Assembly: GCA_964626665.1 (NCBI GenBank)
Contig: CAZVGK010000004.1
Coordinates: 90,613-154,612, forward strand
Length of the DNA: 64,000 nucleotides
Direction: 5' to 3'
Source: an uncultured Gemmatimonadota bacterium
GTDB taxonomy: Bacteria; SM23-81; DAOVCL01
Below, piece after piece: positions 9,831 to 19,726 of this stretch. Under the pieces are notes generated by a model that was not told the DNA's origin, did no database searches, and saw only the letters and a list, made by a program, of their open reading frames with translations. The position numbers were made by a program, and so were the translations under genes. Numbering within the stretch: the first letter of the stretch is position 1; each line of letters starts with the position of its first letter.

Positions 9831-10847
9831 ATGAGCCACAATATCCTAATTATCTCCCACTTGGAGTTCAATGTGGGGCCGCTGAGGAAGGTGATAGAGG
9901 GTGGAGGAAATAGGGTTCTGCTCTCCTCCCATCTGGAGGAGATACTGAAGTTGAGTGAGGAGGGGAAGGCCGATCTGATCATCATCGATGCTGATGATTC
10001 CTCCTTAGACGGCTATGAGATCTGCCAAAAGCTAAAGGGGTTGGGGCTTACCCTGCCCATCCTCATCCTCTCCAGCAAAAGGGGAAAGGAGGATTTGCTG
10101 AAGTGGCTGAGGAGCGGGGTAGATGACTTTCTCTCCAAGGGGATCAGTGATGATGAGCTTCTGGTGCGCATAGATGCAAACATCACCCGCAGTCAAAGGA
10201 TCCTGGATGCCAATCCCACCACCAAGCTGCTGGGGAATGCCTCCATTAATCGGGAGATAGACAAGAGAATAAAAAGTGGGGTGACCTTCGCCGTCTGTTA
10301 TGCGGATCTGGACAATTTCAAGGCTTACAATGATCGGTATGGCTATTTCAATGGGGATAAGATTATCCTCTTGACCTCCCACATTCTGCGCGACATTGTG
10401 CGGGATCTCTCCCCGGGAGACAACTTCATCGGCCACATAGGTGGGGATGACTTCATCTTTATCGTGCCCCCAGAGAAGGTGGATTTGGTCTGTGGGCAGA
10501 TCATCAAGACATTTGATACCATCATCCCTTATCGCTACAGCGAAGAGGATAGGAAGAAGGGGTACATAATATCTACAGACCGTAAGCACCGGGCGGGGGT
10601 CTTTCCCCTGATGAGCATATCCATTGGGGTGGTGACGAATAAGACAAGGACATTCTTCCATCCCGCCCATGTGAGCCAGATAGCCACCGAGATGAAGAAC
10701 TATGTGAAGACAATGGAGGGGAGCAGATATGCAGTGGATAGAAGGGGCGATGATGAGGAGTTCATCTCCCGGCAGAAAAAGGCCGAGCTCATTATGCGCA
10801 AGTGGAGGCAGAGATGGGTGAAGAGGCATGTCAAAAAGTTCGGCTAA
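9831..10847 (+). CDS. Response regulator / diguanylate cyclase (REC + GGDEF)
   Basis: REC domain (DLIIIDAD...GVDDFLSK); DLDNFKAYNDRYG; GHIGGDDF. Start moved to ATG 9831, downstream of the promoter. Confidence 0.9.
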   Translation: MSHNILIISHLEFNVGPLRKVIEGGGNRVLLSSHLEEILKLSEEGKADLIIIDADDSSLDGYEICQKLKGLGLTLPILILSSKRGKEDLLKWLRSGVDDFLSKGISDDELLVRIDANITRSQRILDANPTTKLLGNASINREIDKRIKSGVTFAVCYADLDNFKAYNDRYGYFNGDKIILLTSHILRDIVRDLSPGDNFIGHIGGDDFIFIVPPEKVDLVCGQIIKTFDTIIPYRYSEEDRKKGYIISTDRKHRAGVFPLMSISIGVVTNKTRTFFHPAHVSQIATEMKNYVKTMEGSRYAVDRRGDDEEFISRQKKAELIMRKWRQRWVKRHVKKFG

Positions 10848-11090
10848 GCAGGGATTCCGCCTGAGTAGAATAAAAATGTGTATGCAAAACCTAAGAGTTA
10901 GGCAGATTATTACGGAAACGCAAAATAGGTTACATGTCATTGCGAGCGCAGCGAAGCAATCTAAAAAAACTGAATGTAGGTTGAAACTAAAAGATTGGTC
11001 GCATTTATGGGACCCGCACCGGCTTGATAAATCAAGCCCCCTACACTCTACGAGCTATCTGGTGCCCTCATCCGAGAGCAAAGGGATTGC

Positions 11091-14000
11091 CTAAAACTCC
11101 GCCCCTAAGGAAAAGTAATACTTTGGCTTGGAGACTTGAGAGAGATCTGTCCTCCAGGCGCTATCGAACTTGAGGATAAAAAATCCCAAATTTGCCCTGG
11201 CCCCATAACCAAAGCCCACTTTGAGATCTTTTAATCTGGGGTCATCGTCCTTGGTTGTCCCCCCCTTGAATTTCCCGGGTTCATTCCAGACACCTCCCAT
11301 ATCCAGAAAGAGGCTCCCTCCCACCCTCTGCAGGCTAAACTTCAGCGGCCAATGGAAGGCGAGGTAATCCAAGAAGGGATACCTGAACTCTATATTGGTC
11401 AGGGCAAATCTCTTCCCCGTAAACTGGTAGTAATCGTAGCCTCGCAGGGGAAAGACCATTGAGGAGAAGTAGAAGTTTTTCACCCCAGAAATCTGCCGGC
11501 GGACCACCTTTGGTGCTATCCAGTTCTGCACTCCCCCTAAAAAGAACCTCTGGGCATCCGGGCCCCAGCTTCCTCCTGCAGACAGCCGGAAAGCGAAACC
11601 ATATCTCCTCAGAAAATGCAGATAGCGGCGGTAATCCCCCTGCAGGGTGTAGAAGCGCAGGCTGTTCTTTATCCCTGGAGGGGAGAGCTCAAAGCGGAGA
11701 TAGGATCTGGATCCGTTAACCGGGCCGGTGAATCCCCAGAGGACGGTGTCATTGGTTAACTCCAGAGTGGGAAGGAGGACCCTGGTGGATGAATCCTCGT
11801 AGGGAGGGTCATAATAGGTGCGGTCTATGGCCACCTCGGTGAGCTCGAGATCGGCACGGGTGAACTTGCTAAAGGGGTAGCTGAAGAGAAGATTAAACCC
11901 ATATACCCGATCGGAGAAGAGTCTATTGGCTTCATCGATGTAATATTCCTTGTAGTGAAAGATCCCTCCCCCATAATGAAAGCGGTGGGGAAGGTAGGTA
12001 TAGAAGAGGAAGAGGTTGCTCTCGGTGAGGGAATAATAGAGGTCACTGGCCAAAAAGATGCTGTGATTCCCTAAGACATCGCTTATCTGGATATAGGACT
12101 GCCCCTGCAGGCCGAAGTAGGTGTCATACCCTAAGGTGGCGGTGACCAAATCAGGGGTAAACCTGGTCTTGTATTTCCTGGTCTTATACTCCCCATTGGG
12201 GAGCCTGTAGCTTATGGTCTCGGGTTGGGCAGTGCTGGTCTCCTGGGGGGCCACATTCTCCTCGGAAGGGGGACGGAAGACATAGGTCTCCAAGCTCTCC
12301 AACTTAAACTCTGTCCCTGGGGAGGGGGTCGCGGCTAAGGGTTTGGGAGGGGTTTCCTCCCTTTTTTTAGCTAAAGTGCGAGCAGGTTTAAGCCCTGAGG
12401 GAAGGGGCTTGAGTTCCCTTAAGATGTATAGGTCCCAACCTCCCTTGTTAAAGAGGGAGACAACGACCCTTTTCCCATCAGGGGAGACCGAGGGGGAGAA
12501 ACAGCCGGTGAGAAGGTTGGTCAGGGGGGAAACAGCGGCTGAATCTAAGTTTGCCTCATAGAGGTTATAGATCCCATTCCGGTCGGAGACAAAGATTATC
12601 TTTTTCCCCGTGGGGAACCAACAGGGGGAGATGTCATCCGCCGGGGATCTGGTGATCCTCTCTATTCCTTTCCCCTTAAGGTGGTAGAGAAAGAGGTCAT
12701 ACTGCCCTGAGGATGTGTCCGCAGATGCGGAGTCCCGATCAGAGGAGAAGCAGAGTTCTTCTCCCCGGGGGTCCCAGGATGGTTCCCGGTCATCAGCCAG
12801 ATCATCTGTGACCTTCTGCAGGGTCCCAGTGGAGAGATGGAGAAGGTAGATATCCGCGTATCCGTTTTTTAGGCCGGAGAAGGCAATTAGGTTTCCCTGC
12901 GGTGACCAGGAGGGGGAAAAGACGCCATCTAAGCCAAGGTCATATTTTTTTATTATCTTTTTCCTCTCCACATTGAGTAAACAGAGGGATTCTCTGCCCT
13001 CTGACTTGGCCACAAAGCCAATTACCCTGCCGTCTGGAGACCAACAGATGCCGCTGCGGAAGGAGTGAAACTCCTCCAATCCCCCGGATCTCTCCCCCTT
13101 TACCAATCTGCCCAATATCTTCCCACTTATGGAGGAGATGAAGTAGATATCTGTATAGTCGCTCCGGTTGGAGAAGAAGACTATCTTATCCCCTTTGGGG
13201 GAGAAAGCCGGTTTGAGGTTTAGGTATGAGCCATCTTTGGTGTGGTCTGTCAGCTGACGGGCAATCTCCTTTCCCTCCTGGCGGCTCCCCACCTCCGGCC
13301 AATATTCCTTCTTCAATTGGTGGGACCACCGCTGGTTCAACTTCTTCAGGTCAATGCCCAGGGTAGCCTTGAGGGCCTTATTTGTATCCTTCTTTAGCCT
13401 GCAGTTGGAGATGAGCTCTCCCACCTTCTCCCTTCCATAGGTGTCGGCAATGTAGTTCATCACCGATTGCCCCTCCTTGTAGACTAGATACCCCCCTACT
13501 TCCTCTAAGGGGATGATGTAATCATTAATGGTGGCATCCCGCATTACCATATCCGCCTCGGGGTCCCAGCCCTTGGATGCAAACTCGGCATATCCCTCTG
13601 CCACCCAGAGGGGAAGCTGGAAGAAGGATCCTCCGGTGAGCAGGGAGCCGATGGCCCCTCCATAGAGCATATCGTTGGTAAAGGCATGGGTGAGCTCGTG
13701 GGTAATCAGTTGGCGGAAATCCCTCCAGGAGCCATTGAAGTGAACCACCACCCTGTTCTTGAACTGTTCGGTAAATCCCTGAACCCCTTCCTCTAAGATT
13801 ACAGGTACCACATTGGTCTGCTGAAAATCGTCAATGGAGTTGTAGACGATGATGGGAATCCTTTTCTTCGGCTGATACTTAAGGTTATAGCTTATCCGCA
13901 GGTAGGCCTTCTCTGCTGTGGAGGCGGCGAACTCGGCCAACCCCCTTCCCTCTTTGTAATAGTAAATGTCAAAATGGGGGGATTGGATATACAGCCAATG

Positions 14001-14117
14001 GAACTCCTTATATTGCACCTTGTTCTTGCCAAAACCCCAGGCCCTCCCCTGGCAGATGAAAAGAAGGGAGAGGAGGAAGAGAGCCCCCACCTTTAGCTTA
14101 TTCACTGCCCCCTCCAT
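11091..14117 (-). CDS. Omp85/BamA-type outer membrane protein with N-terminal zincin-like and PD40 propeller domains
   Basis: Signal peptide; FGKNKVQY; HELTH...AEGYAE; repeated P.WSP.G units; PLRGY and C-terminal YFSLGAEF. Confidence 0.85.
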   Translation of the reverse strand: MEGAVNKLKVGALFLLSLLFICQGRAWGFGKNKVQYKEFHWLYIQSPHFDIYYYKEGRGLAEFAASTAEKAYLRISYNLKYQPKKRIPIIVYNSIDDFQQTNVVPVILEEGVQGFTEQFKNRVVVHFNGSWRDFRQLITHELTHAFTNDMLYGGAIGSLLTGGSFFQLPLWVAEGYAEFASKGWDPEADMVMRDATINDYIIPLEEVGGYLVYKEGQSVMNYIADTYGREKVGELISNCRLKKDTNKALKATLGIDLKKLNQRWSHQLKKEYWPEVGSRQEGKEIARQLTDHTKDGSYLNLKPAFSPKGDKIVFFSNRSDYTDIYFISSISGKILGRLVKGERSGGLEEFHSFRSGICWSPDGRVIGFVAKSEGRESLCLLNVERKKIIKKYDLGLDGVFSPSWSPQGNLIAFSGLKNGYADIYLLHLSTGTLQKVTDDLADDREPSWDPRGEELCFSSDRDSASADTSSGQYDLFLYHLKGKGIERITRSPADDISPCWFPTGKKIIFVSDRNGIYNLYEANLDSAAVSPLTNLLTGCFSPSVSPDGKRVVVSLFNKGGWDLYILRELKPLPSGLKPARTLAKKREETPPKPLAATPSPGTEFKLESLETYVFRPPSEENVAPQETSTAQPETISYRLPNGEYKTRKYKTRFTPDLVTATLGYDTYFGLQGQSYIQISDVLGNHSIFLASDLYYSLTESNLFLFYTYLPHRFHYGGGIFHYKEYYIDEANRLFSDRVYGFNLLFSYPFSKFTRADLELTEVAIDRTYYDPPYEDSSTRVLLPTLELTNDTVLWGFTGPVNGSRSYLRFELSPPGIKNSLRFYTLQGDYRRYLHFLRRYGFAFRLSAGGSWGPDAQRFFLGGVQNWIAPKVVRRQISGVKNFYFSSMVFPLRGYDYYQFTGKRFALTNIEFRYPFLDYLAFHWPLKFSLQRVGGSLFLDMGGVWNEPGKFKGGTTKDDDPRLKDLKVGFGYGARANLGFFILKFDSAWRTDLSQVSKPKYYFSLGAEF

Positions 14118-15378
14118 CTGAGTTAATCCTCTCTATCTTTGCCCCCAGGGATTTAAGCTTTTCCTCCATCCTCTCATACCCCCTGTCTATATGGTAGACT
14201 CTTAATATTTCAGTGGTTCCCTCTGCCTTGAGGCCGGCCAAGACCAGGCTGGCCCCAGCCCTGATATCGCTACACATAAGTGAGGCCCCCTCCAGCCTCT
14301 CCTGCCCAAAGACTGTGGCCTCGTTACCGCTGACCCTGATATCAGCCCCCAGCCTGATAAGCTCCATCACCTGGGAAAACCTCTCCTGAAAAACGGTTTC
14401 CCTGATGTGACTGGTTCCTGAGGCTACTGTGGCTAAGGCCATAATCGATGGCTGGAGATCAGTGGGAAATCCGGGGTAGGGGTAGGTAAGAGTGTTGGTC
14501 GGAGATAACTTCTGCGGGCCCTGAGCAGTTATCCAGTTCTCCCCTTCCTCAGTTTTCACCCCCATCCCCTGCAATTTCTGTAAGACCATCCTCAGGTGAT
14601 CGGCATTGGCCCCTTCCACCTTCACCTTGCCTCCGGTAATAGCTCCGGCCATCAGGTAGGTGCCGGCCTCCAGTCTGTCCCTCATAGGGAAGTAGTCAAC
14701 AGCCTGGAGCTGGCTCACCCCTTCCACCTCAATCAAATTTGTGCCTGCCCCGGCTATCTTGGCCCCCATCTGATTTAGAAAACTGGCCAGATCTACAACC
14801 TCCGGATCAGTTGCCGCATTTATGATCTCGGTTTTCCCAGAGGCCAGAGATGCTGCCATTAAGATATTCTCCGTTCCGGTATGGGTGGGGCGATCAAAGG
14901 GGATTATCCCTCCCCTTAATCTCTGGGATGTGGCCCTGATATAGCCGTGTTCCTCCTCTACCTGGGCCCCCAATCGGCGAAAGCCTTCCAAATGGAGGTT
15001 GACGGGGCGCGGTCCCAACACACATCCCCCAGGGAGGGAAACCTCAGCCTGGCCGAACCTGGCTAAAAGTGGGCCCATTACCAGGAAAGAGGCCCTCATC
15101 TTCCTTACCAGATCATAGGGAGCCACATAACCGCTTAGATCTTGTGCGTCTATGGTCACGACCCCCTCTGAGGTGGACCTCTCCACCTGGGCCCCTAAGT
15201 TCTCCAAAACCTTGAGGATCCAGGTTATATCGGCGATGTCCGGGACATTCCTAATTGTGGTCTGCCCCTTTTTGGCCAGGAGGGAAGCGGTAAGAATGGG
15301 AAGGACAGCATTCTTGGCCCCTGCCACCCTTACCCTACCGGAGAGCCTCTTTCCCCCTTCTATCAGAAACTTATCCAT
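14098..15378 (-). CDS. murA: UDP-N-acetylglucosamine 1-carboxyvinyltransferase
   Basis: GAKNAVLP, KMRAS, LPGGCVLG (catalytic Cys), YPGFPTDLQ, HIDRGYE. Confidence 0.97.
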   Translation of the reverse strand: MDKFLIEGGKRLSGRVRVAGAKNAVLPILTASLLAKKGQTTIRNVPDIADITWILKVLENLGAQVERSTSEGVVTIDAQDLSGYVAPYDLVRKMRASFLVMGPLLARFGQAEVSLPGGCVLGPRPVNLHLEGFRRLGAQVEEEHGYIRATSQRLRGGIIPFDRPTHTGTENILMAASLASGKTEIINAATDPEVVDLASFLNQMGAKIAGAGTNLIEVEGVSQLQAVDYFPMRDRLEAGTYLMAGAITGGKVKVEGANADHLRMVLQKLQGMGVKTEEGENWITAQGPQKLSPTNTLTYPYPGFPTDLQPSIMALATVASGTSHIRETVFQERFSQVMELIRLGADIRVSGNEATVFGQERLEGASLMCSDIRAGASLVLAGLKAEGTTEILRVYHIDRGYERMEEKLKSLGAKIERINSDGGGSE

Positions 15379-15387
15379 TTAACCAAC

Positions 15388-15416
15388 AAGTTAAAGGGAA
15401 AGTTCCCAAAAGTCAA
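15388..15416 (-). promoter_or_regulatory. sigma70 promoter of murA
   Basis: TTGACT-N17-TAACTT, 9 nt from the ATG, no SD. Confidence 0.65.
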
Positions 15417-15458
15417 GCAATTTCCCCGTCTAAATTGGAGAACCACAAGGATCAGTTA

Positions 15459-15615
15459 TCAAAAGTGAGGTGGCAGAATCCGATTCTGCCACCACCTTCT
15501 CCTTCCGTCAGGTGAGGGCACCTGACGGCTCGTGGGGATTTATCAAGCCTTCAAGATGCGGGTCGCATAAAAGGTTCCTGTAACCTCCCGCAGGTTCCAA
15601 ACCTGCGGGAGGTTT
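15459..15615. repeat. Cluster of REP-like hairpins
   Basis: GGTGGCAGAATC-C-GATTCTGCCACC; CCGTCAGGTG..CACCTGACGG; AACCTCCCGCAGGTT..AACCTGCGGGAGGTT; relatives at 16358-16515 and 44515-44548. Confidence 0.75.
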
Positions 15616-15738
15616 ATACTTGACATCGTCAAATTAATCTATGTGTAACCCACAGAGTCACAGAGAAAAAATGCCTTAATTTGCCTCTCTGTCCCATAAA
15701 CATGAAGATCTTGTTTTTTTAACAAAATTTTTCGTAGC

Positions 15739-15867
15739 AGCCGCAAAGCTACTAAGATCGCAGAGAAAATAAAAAGCAAGAGAGAGATGAAATAAAACGA
15801 TAGTTAATAATCTTTAAACTTTGAGACTTTGCGGTGAATTGTTTGGTTGTGGCTTCGCTGCGCCGTG
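15739..15867. repeat. ~128-bp dispersed repeat (copy at 21002-21130)
   Basis: Shared AGAGAGATGAAATAAAACGATAGTTAATAAT core and a GCGGCTTTGCCGCGCTGTG-type end. Confidence 0.9.
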
Positions 15868-15887
15868 AGGACAATCCTGATAATTTT

Positions 15888-15915
15888 TGAAACAATATCC
15901 CCATTTTCCCGTCTA
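15888..15915 (+). promoter_or_regulatory. ECF (SigW-like) promoter
   Basis: TGAAAC-N16-CGTCTA upstream of the DUF6249 gene. Confidence 0.6.
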
Positions 15916-15947
15916 TATGGGTAGATAATCGAACTTAAGGAGGGAAA

Positions 15948-16307
15948 ATGGGTTTTATACCTGAAACATTAGCAATACTTGTTCCCATAGTGGCCATTAT
16001 TGCGGGGATTGCCGTGGCCATAGTGGCCATTTGGACTGACTTCAAGAACAAGCAACTGGAACACAATTTGAAGCTCAAAGCCCTGGAGAAAGGGATAGAA
16101 TTACCTGCTGAACCCCCTAAGCCTCGTCCCTATCCCTACCGTTCTGGGTTGATATGGGTTGTTATCGGAGTGGGAATGTTTGTGAGCATCTGGGTATCTT
16201 CTGGCAGCCTTGAAGGGGCCATCTGGGGAATAGTCCCCTTTCTCATTGGCTTAGCTCTGATCATTTCAGTCAAGCTAAGGAAAGAGGAAGTTAGCTCGGA
16301 AGGATAA
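15948..16307 (+). CDS. DUF6249-like membrane protein
   Basis: AAGGAGG SD; TM, then LKALEKGIELP, then two TMs. Confidence 0.75.
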   Translation: MGFIPETLAILVPIVAIIAGIAVAIVAIWTDFKNKQLEHNLKLKALEKGIELPAEPPKPRPYPYRSGLIWVVIGVGMFVSIWVSSGSLEGAIWGIVPFLIGLALIISVKLRKEEVSSEG

Positions 16308-16735
16308 GGTTATGGTTCAGGAACTTTAACCCCAGTTTGTGCGTTTAAAGCTCCCTTGTAGGGGCTTGATTTATCAAGCCCGCGGGAATCTGGTTGCATA
16401 AAGGTGACCTCTACATGCTTTTACCTTTCGGGTGTAAATGAACTCTTCACAATGAGATGGCAGAACTCCTGTTCTGCCACTTGGCTTTGCCGTCAGAACA
16501 GGGTTCTGACGGCTCGGACAGGCGATCTGACCGCTTAGCCGGTAGTTAGGTTGGGCAGTAAGCCCCTTTATTTTTTGAGGATGTTATCATCCTAAGTGGC
16601 TATTGGCAATTGCCTGCTGATGGTCAATAGCCACATAATGTCCTGTATGCTTGTCCACGAATTCCCCAAAATGCCCGACTGCCCAATTGTAAGCATCCAT
16701 AATTACTTCCCTTATTTTAGGAAAGGACAACAAGC

Positions 16736-16954
16736 TTATGCTAATTCGACTTCCAACGGAATATGAACCTCTTTGGCCTTGTCCTTTTCTTTCAAAAAAT
16801 TCAACTTTTCAAATCCTATAACTCTTCCCGCTTTATCCTTAACCAGAATCACCTCGTCTCCGGTCTCCTCACAGATATATTCCAAAGAGGGATCATCAAA
16901 CCAGACATTGAGGGTGTTTCCCTCTTTATCAAAAAAGAGCCTTATTTTCTCCAT
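16736..16954 (-). CDS. DUF2283 domain protein (putative antitoxin)
   Basis: FFDKEGNTLNVWF...DEVILVKDKAGRVIGFE. Confidence 0.85.
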   Translation of the reverse strand: MEKIRLFFDKEGNTLNVWFDDPSLEYICEETGDEVILVKDKAGRVIGFEKLNFLKEKDKAKEVHIPLEVELA

Positions 16955-17256
16955 ATCTGTCTCCCTTCTTTTATCTTCTCCGTAAAATAGGCAGTGATGA
17001 TAAAACCCTGATCATTTAGGTTTTTTACAACCACGCACAAGTATTTGTCCTCAAGATATAAGTAGTAAAGGTGAACGTTTTCATCGGACTTACTCGCCCT
17101 AATTTCAAACGGGGTTTCTAAGGCTCGTTTAACCTCTTCTTCCTTACCTCTTATTGAAGGATGTTTAGTTTCAACGATCTTCTTCCAATGGGATTTCGTG
17201 GCTCTAATTTGTTTTCCTAAGGGCGTTGTTACAAAGATACTCAATTCTGTGGCCAA
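16942..17256 (-). CDS. DUF4258/PBECR-like putative RNase toxin
   Basis: HWKKIVETKHP...LCVVVK...GFIITAY; overlaps the DUF2283 gene. Confidence 0.75.
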   Translation of the reverse strand: MATELSIFVTTPLGKQIRATKSHWKKIVETKHPSIRGKEEEVKRALETPFEIRASKSDENVHLYYLYLEDKYLCVVVKNLNDQGFIITAYFTEKIKEGRQIWRK

Positions 17257-17296
17257 ATCAAGGATTCCTTTCCCTCTTGAAAGTTATATCGTCATA

Positions 17297-17663
17297 CACT
17301 ACTGTCCGGTTATTAGTTGAATAATGACAATTGCTTATAGCATTCGCCCTTCGGCTCTTTGCGCGCGAAATCCGTAAGCACCTGTAAGATAGGCGATTTT
17401 TCGAAAATGGTGACGCTCAAAATCTGTAGAATTGTGTAGAAACTGAGGTCCAGATGAAGCCGTTTCTTAACAATGGCGACAAGGATATACACTGAGATGG
17501 CAATCCATATTGGAGTCTTCACAGCATTTTCGGATGTGCCGTAGAAAATGGAATGACCATAATATACAAAGGATTTGAAATCAATAACAGTCATTTTAGC
17601 TCACAACTCAATTTAGTTAATGCAGTTACAACAAAGTCAAGAACAAATAACCGGACAGCAGTG
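17297..17663 (-). mobile_element. Internally deleted IS4-family element with TIRs and 9-bp target duplication
   Basis: TIRs CACTACTGTCCGGTTA / TAACCGGACAGCAGTG; ATCGTCATA at 17288-17296 and 17664-17672; transposase C-terminal remnant FYGTSENAVKT.IWIAISVY...KQLSLFN. Confidence 0.9.
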
Positions 17664-17717
17664 ATCGTCATAGTTAATCCGATAAATCAGAGGATCAAAA
17701 GTGTAAATCTCTTGGTA

Positions 17718-18082
17718 GTTCTCTCTCCCCTGGTGGGAGAGGATTAGGGTGAGGGGGAAATGGGAGATAATTCTCATTCTCTCCTTAATCCTCCCTCATC
17801 AAGGGGGAGGGTAGTGTTTTGGATGCCCGCCCTGTGGGCGGGGAGGTTCACTTTTGCTTCTACCCGGCTTTAGCCGGGGTAACCTCTTTGGGGCTTTAGC
17901 CTATTCTTAGGGTTTAAAGACCCTGAACCCGCACTAAAGTGCGGTAGAACACTTCTATCTATCTTTGTTTGAAACTCCCTTGAGGTAGCATCCCGATAAA
18001 TCGGGATGCTACCTTTGCCGTCGGAATAGGGGTTCTCATAGCAAAGCCCTTCCTCGGACAGGTCTAAAGCCCTGTGCCTACA
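17718..18082. repeat. Stack of different palindromic elements downstream of lysS
   Basis: GGGAGAGGATTAGGGTGAGGGG type; IS605-like end GCCCGCCCTGTGGGCGGGGAGGTTCAC; CTTCTACCCGGCTTTAGCCGGG (also at 60853); GCATCCCGATAAATCGGGATGC. Confidence 0.75.
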
Positions 18083-18083
18083 G

Positions 18084-19535
18084 CTAATCCTCAGGCTTAA
18101 GTTGGGGGAAGAGGATGACATCCCTTATTGACGGCTGATCGGTAAGGAGCATTACCAGTCGATCGATCCCTATACCCAGCCCTCCGGTGGGAGGCATCCC
18201 ATACTCCAAGGCGGTGAGGAAATCCTCATCTATCTTGCTCTCCTCTCCCTTTTGAGCAGTAAGTGCCTGGAACCTCTCCCTCTGCTCCAAGGGATCATTC
18301 AATTCAGAAAAGGCATTACCCAGCTCCAGCCCTCCGATGAAGAGCTCAAACCTCTCCACCACCTTAGGCTTGCTGCGGTGAGATTTGGCCAAAGGGGAGA
18401 TCTCCTGGGGGTAGTCTATGAGAAAGGTGGGTTGCCGTAGCTTGGGCTCGACCAACTGGTCCAACAGTTTTTCTATCAGCTTCCCCCTACCGGAAAGCTC
18501 AGCGGTATCAATCCCCTGAGAACGGCAGAGCTCTTTCAGCTCCTCATCAGAGGCCCTTTCTATATTCAACCCTCCCCATTCCAAGAGCGAATCCCTCACC
18601 GCAATTCTCCTCCAGGGAGGAGAGAGATCCAACGCTTCCCCCTGACAATTTAGCTGCAGGGAACCGTTGAGGTTCTGGGCTAAACCCGTGATCATCTCCT
18701 CGGTAAGATCCATTATATCCTGGTAATCGGCGTAGGCCTGATAAAGCTCCAATTGGGTGAACTCCGGGTTATGAGTGCGATCCATACCCTCATTTCTGAA
18801 GTCCTTGCCAAACTCATAGACCATTTCGAATCCACCTACAATCAACCTCTTCAGATAAAGCTCATCTGCTATCCGCAAGAAGAGGGTTTGGTCAAGGGCT
18901 TGATGATGGGTGAGAAATGGTTGGGCAAAGGCTCCCCCATAAAGGGGTTGCAGGATGGGGGTCTCTACCTCCCAGAATCCTTTCTCATCTAAAAACTTCC
19001 TCAGATACCTGATTGTCTCCGTCCTCTTTTCAAAAACCATCCTTGCCTGGGGATTGGCTATGAGGTCCAGATACCTTTGCCGGTATTTTAACTCCTTATC
19101 CTTTAAACCATGCCACTTCTCCGGTAGGGGATGCAGGGACTTGGAGAGGAGCTTCAGCTCCTCTACTTTTAGGGTGGGTTCGCCTGTTTTAGTCCTGAAG
19201 AGCCCTCCCTTTACCCCCAAGAAATCTCCCACATCCAGAAGCTTGAATAGGCTATAGGCCCCTTCTCCCACTTCATCCTGCCGGACATATATCTGGAGCC
19301 TTTCCTGGCCATCTGTGAGATGGGCAAAGCTGGTCTTCCCATGGCCCCGCAGGGAGATCAACCTGCCAGCCAGAGAGATAATCTCTTCTTTGGAGGAGAG
19401 GTCCTCAAAACTCTCAATAACGGCCCTTAAACTATAGGTCCTCTCAAACCGGTAAGGATAGGGATCAACCCCCAACTCCCTTATCTTCTCTAATTTCTCC
19501 TTCCTTGCCTGTAAAAGAAAGCTCTCCTTTTCCAA
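18084..19535 (-). CDS. lysS: Lysine--tRNA ligase (class II)
   Basis: [43 protein letters not shown] start after AAGGAGG. Confidence 0.98.
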   Translation of the reverse strand: MEKESFLLQARKEKLEKIRELGVDPYPYRFERTYSLRAVIESFEDLSSKEEIISLAGRLISLRGHGKTSFAHLTDGQERLQIYVRQDEVGEGAYSLFKLLDVGDFLGVKGGLFRTKTGEPTLKVEELKLLSKSLHPLPEKWHGLKDKELKYRQRYLDLIANPQARMVFEKRTETIRYLRKFLDEKGFWEVETPILQPLYGGAFAQPFLTHHQALDQTLFLRIADELYLKRLIVGGFEMVYEFGKDFRNEGMDRTHNPEFTQLELYQAYADYQDIMDLTEEMITGLAQNLNGSLQLNCQGEALDLSPPWRRIAVRDSLLEWGGLNIERASDEELKELCRSQGIDTAELSGRGKLIEKLLDQLVEPKLRQPTFLIDYPQEISPLAKSHRSKPKVVERFELFIGGLELGNAFSELNDPLEQRERFQALTAQKGEESKIDEDFLTALEYGMPPTGGLGIGIDRLVMLLTDQPSIRDVILFPQLKPED

Positions 19536-19726
19536 ATTCCTCCTTAGTTGAACATTTCTGACAGGATGTTAGGATTTACAGGGTTTTTATTCTATCCAGG
19601 GAAACATCGAGTGATACCGAAACTGTAAAAGCACACATTTCCCCTAAGGGTTTCTTGTCATTTCGGTGATTTTCGGTGTTTAATATTGTTAATCCTGTCC
19701 ATCTTGACAATCCTGTTTAAAAATGG

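Noticed and set aside
9831-10847. Hypr-type cGAMP synthase
   Set aside because: The specificity position is Asp (NGDK), not Ser; it reads as an ordinary GGDDF-variant cyclase.
10032-10940. Long antisense ORFs (also 30813-31592, 43297-43932, 44594-45388)
   Set aside because: They are shadow frames opposite well-conserved genes and have no recognisable motifs.
17821-17851. Active TnpB/IS605 element
   Set aside because: Only an end-like hairpin is present; no tnpA or tnpB ORF.
15459-18082. CRISPR array
   Set aside because: The palindromes differ in sequence and spacing, there is no constant repeat-spacer period, and there are no cas genes.
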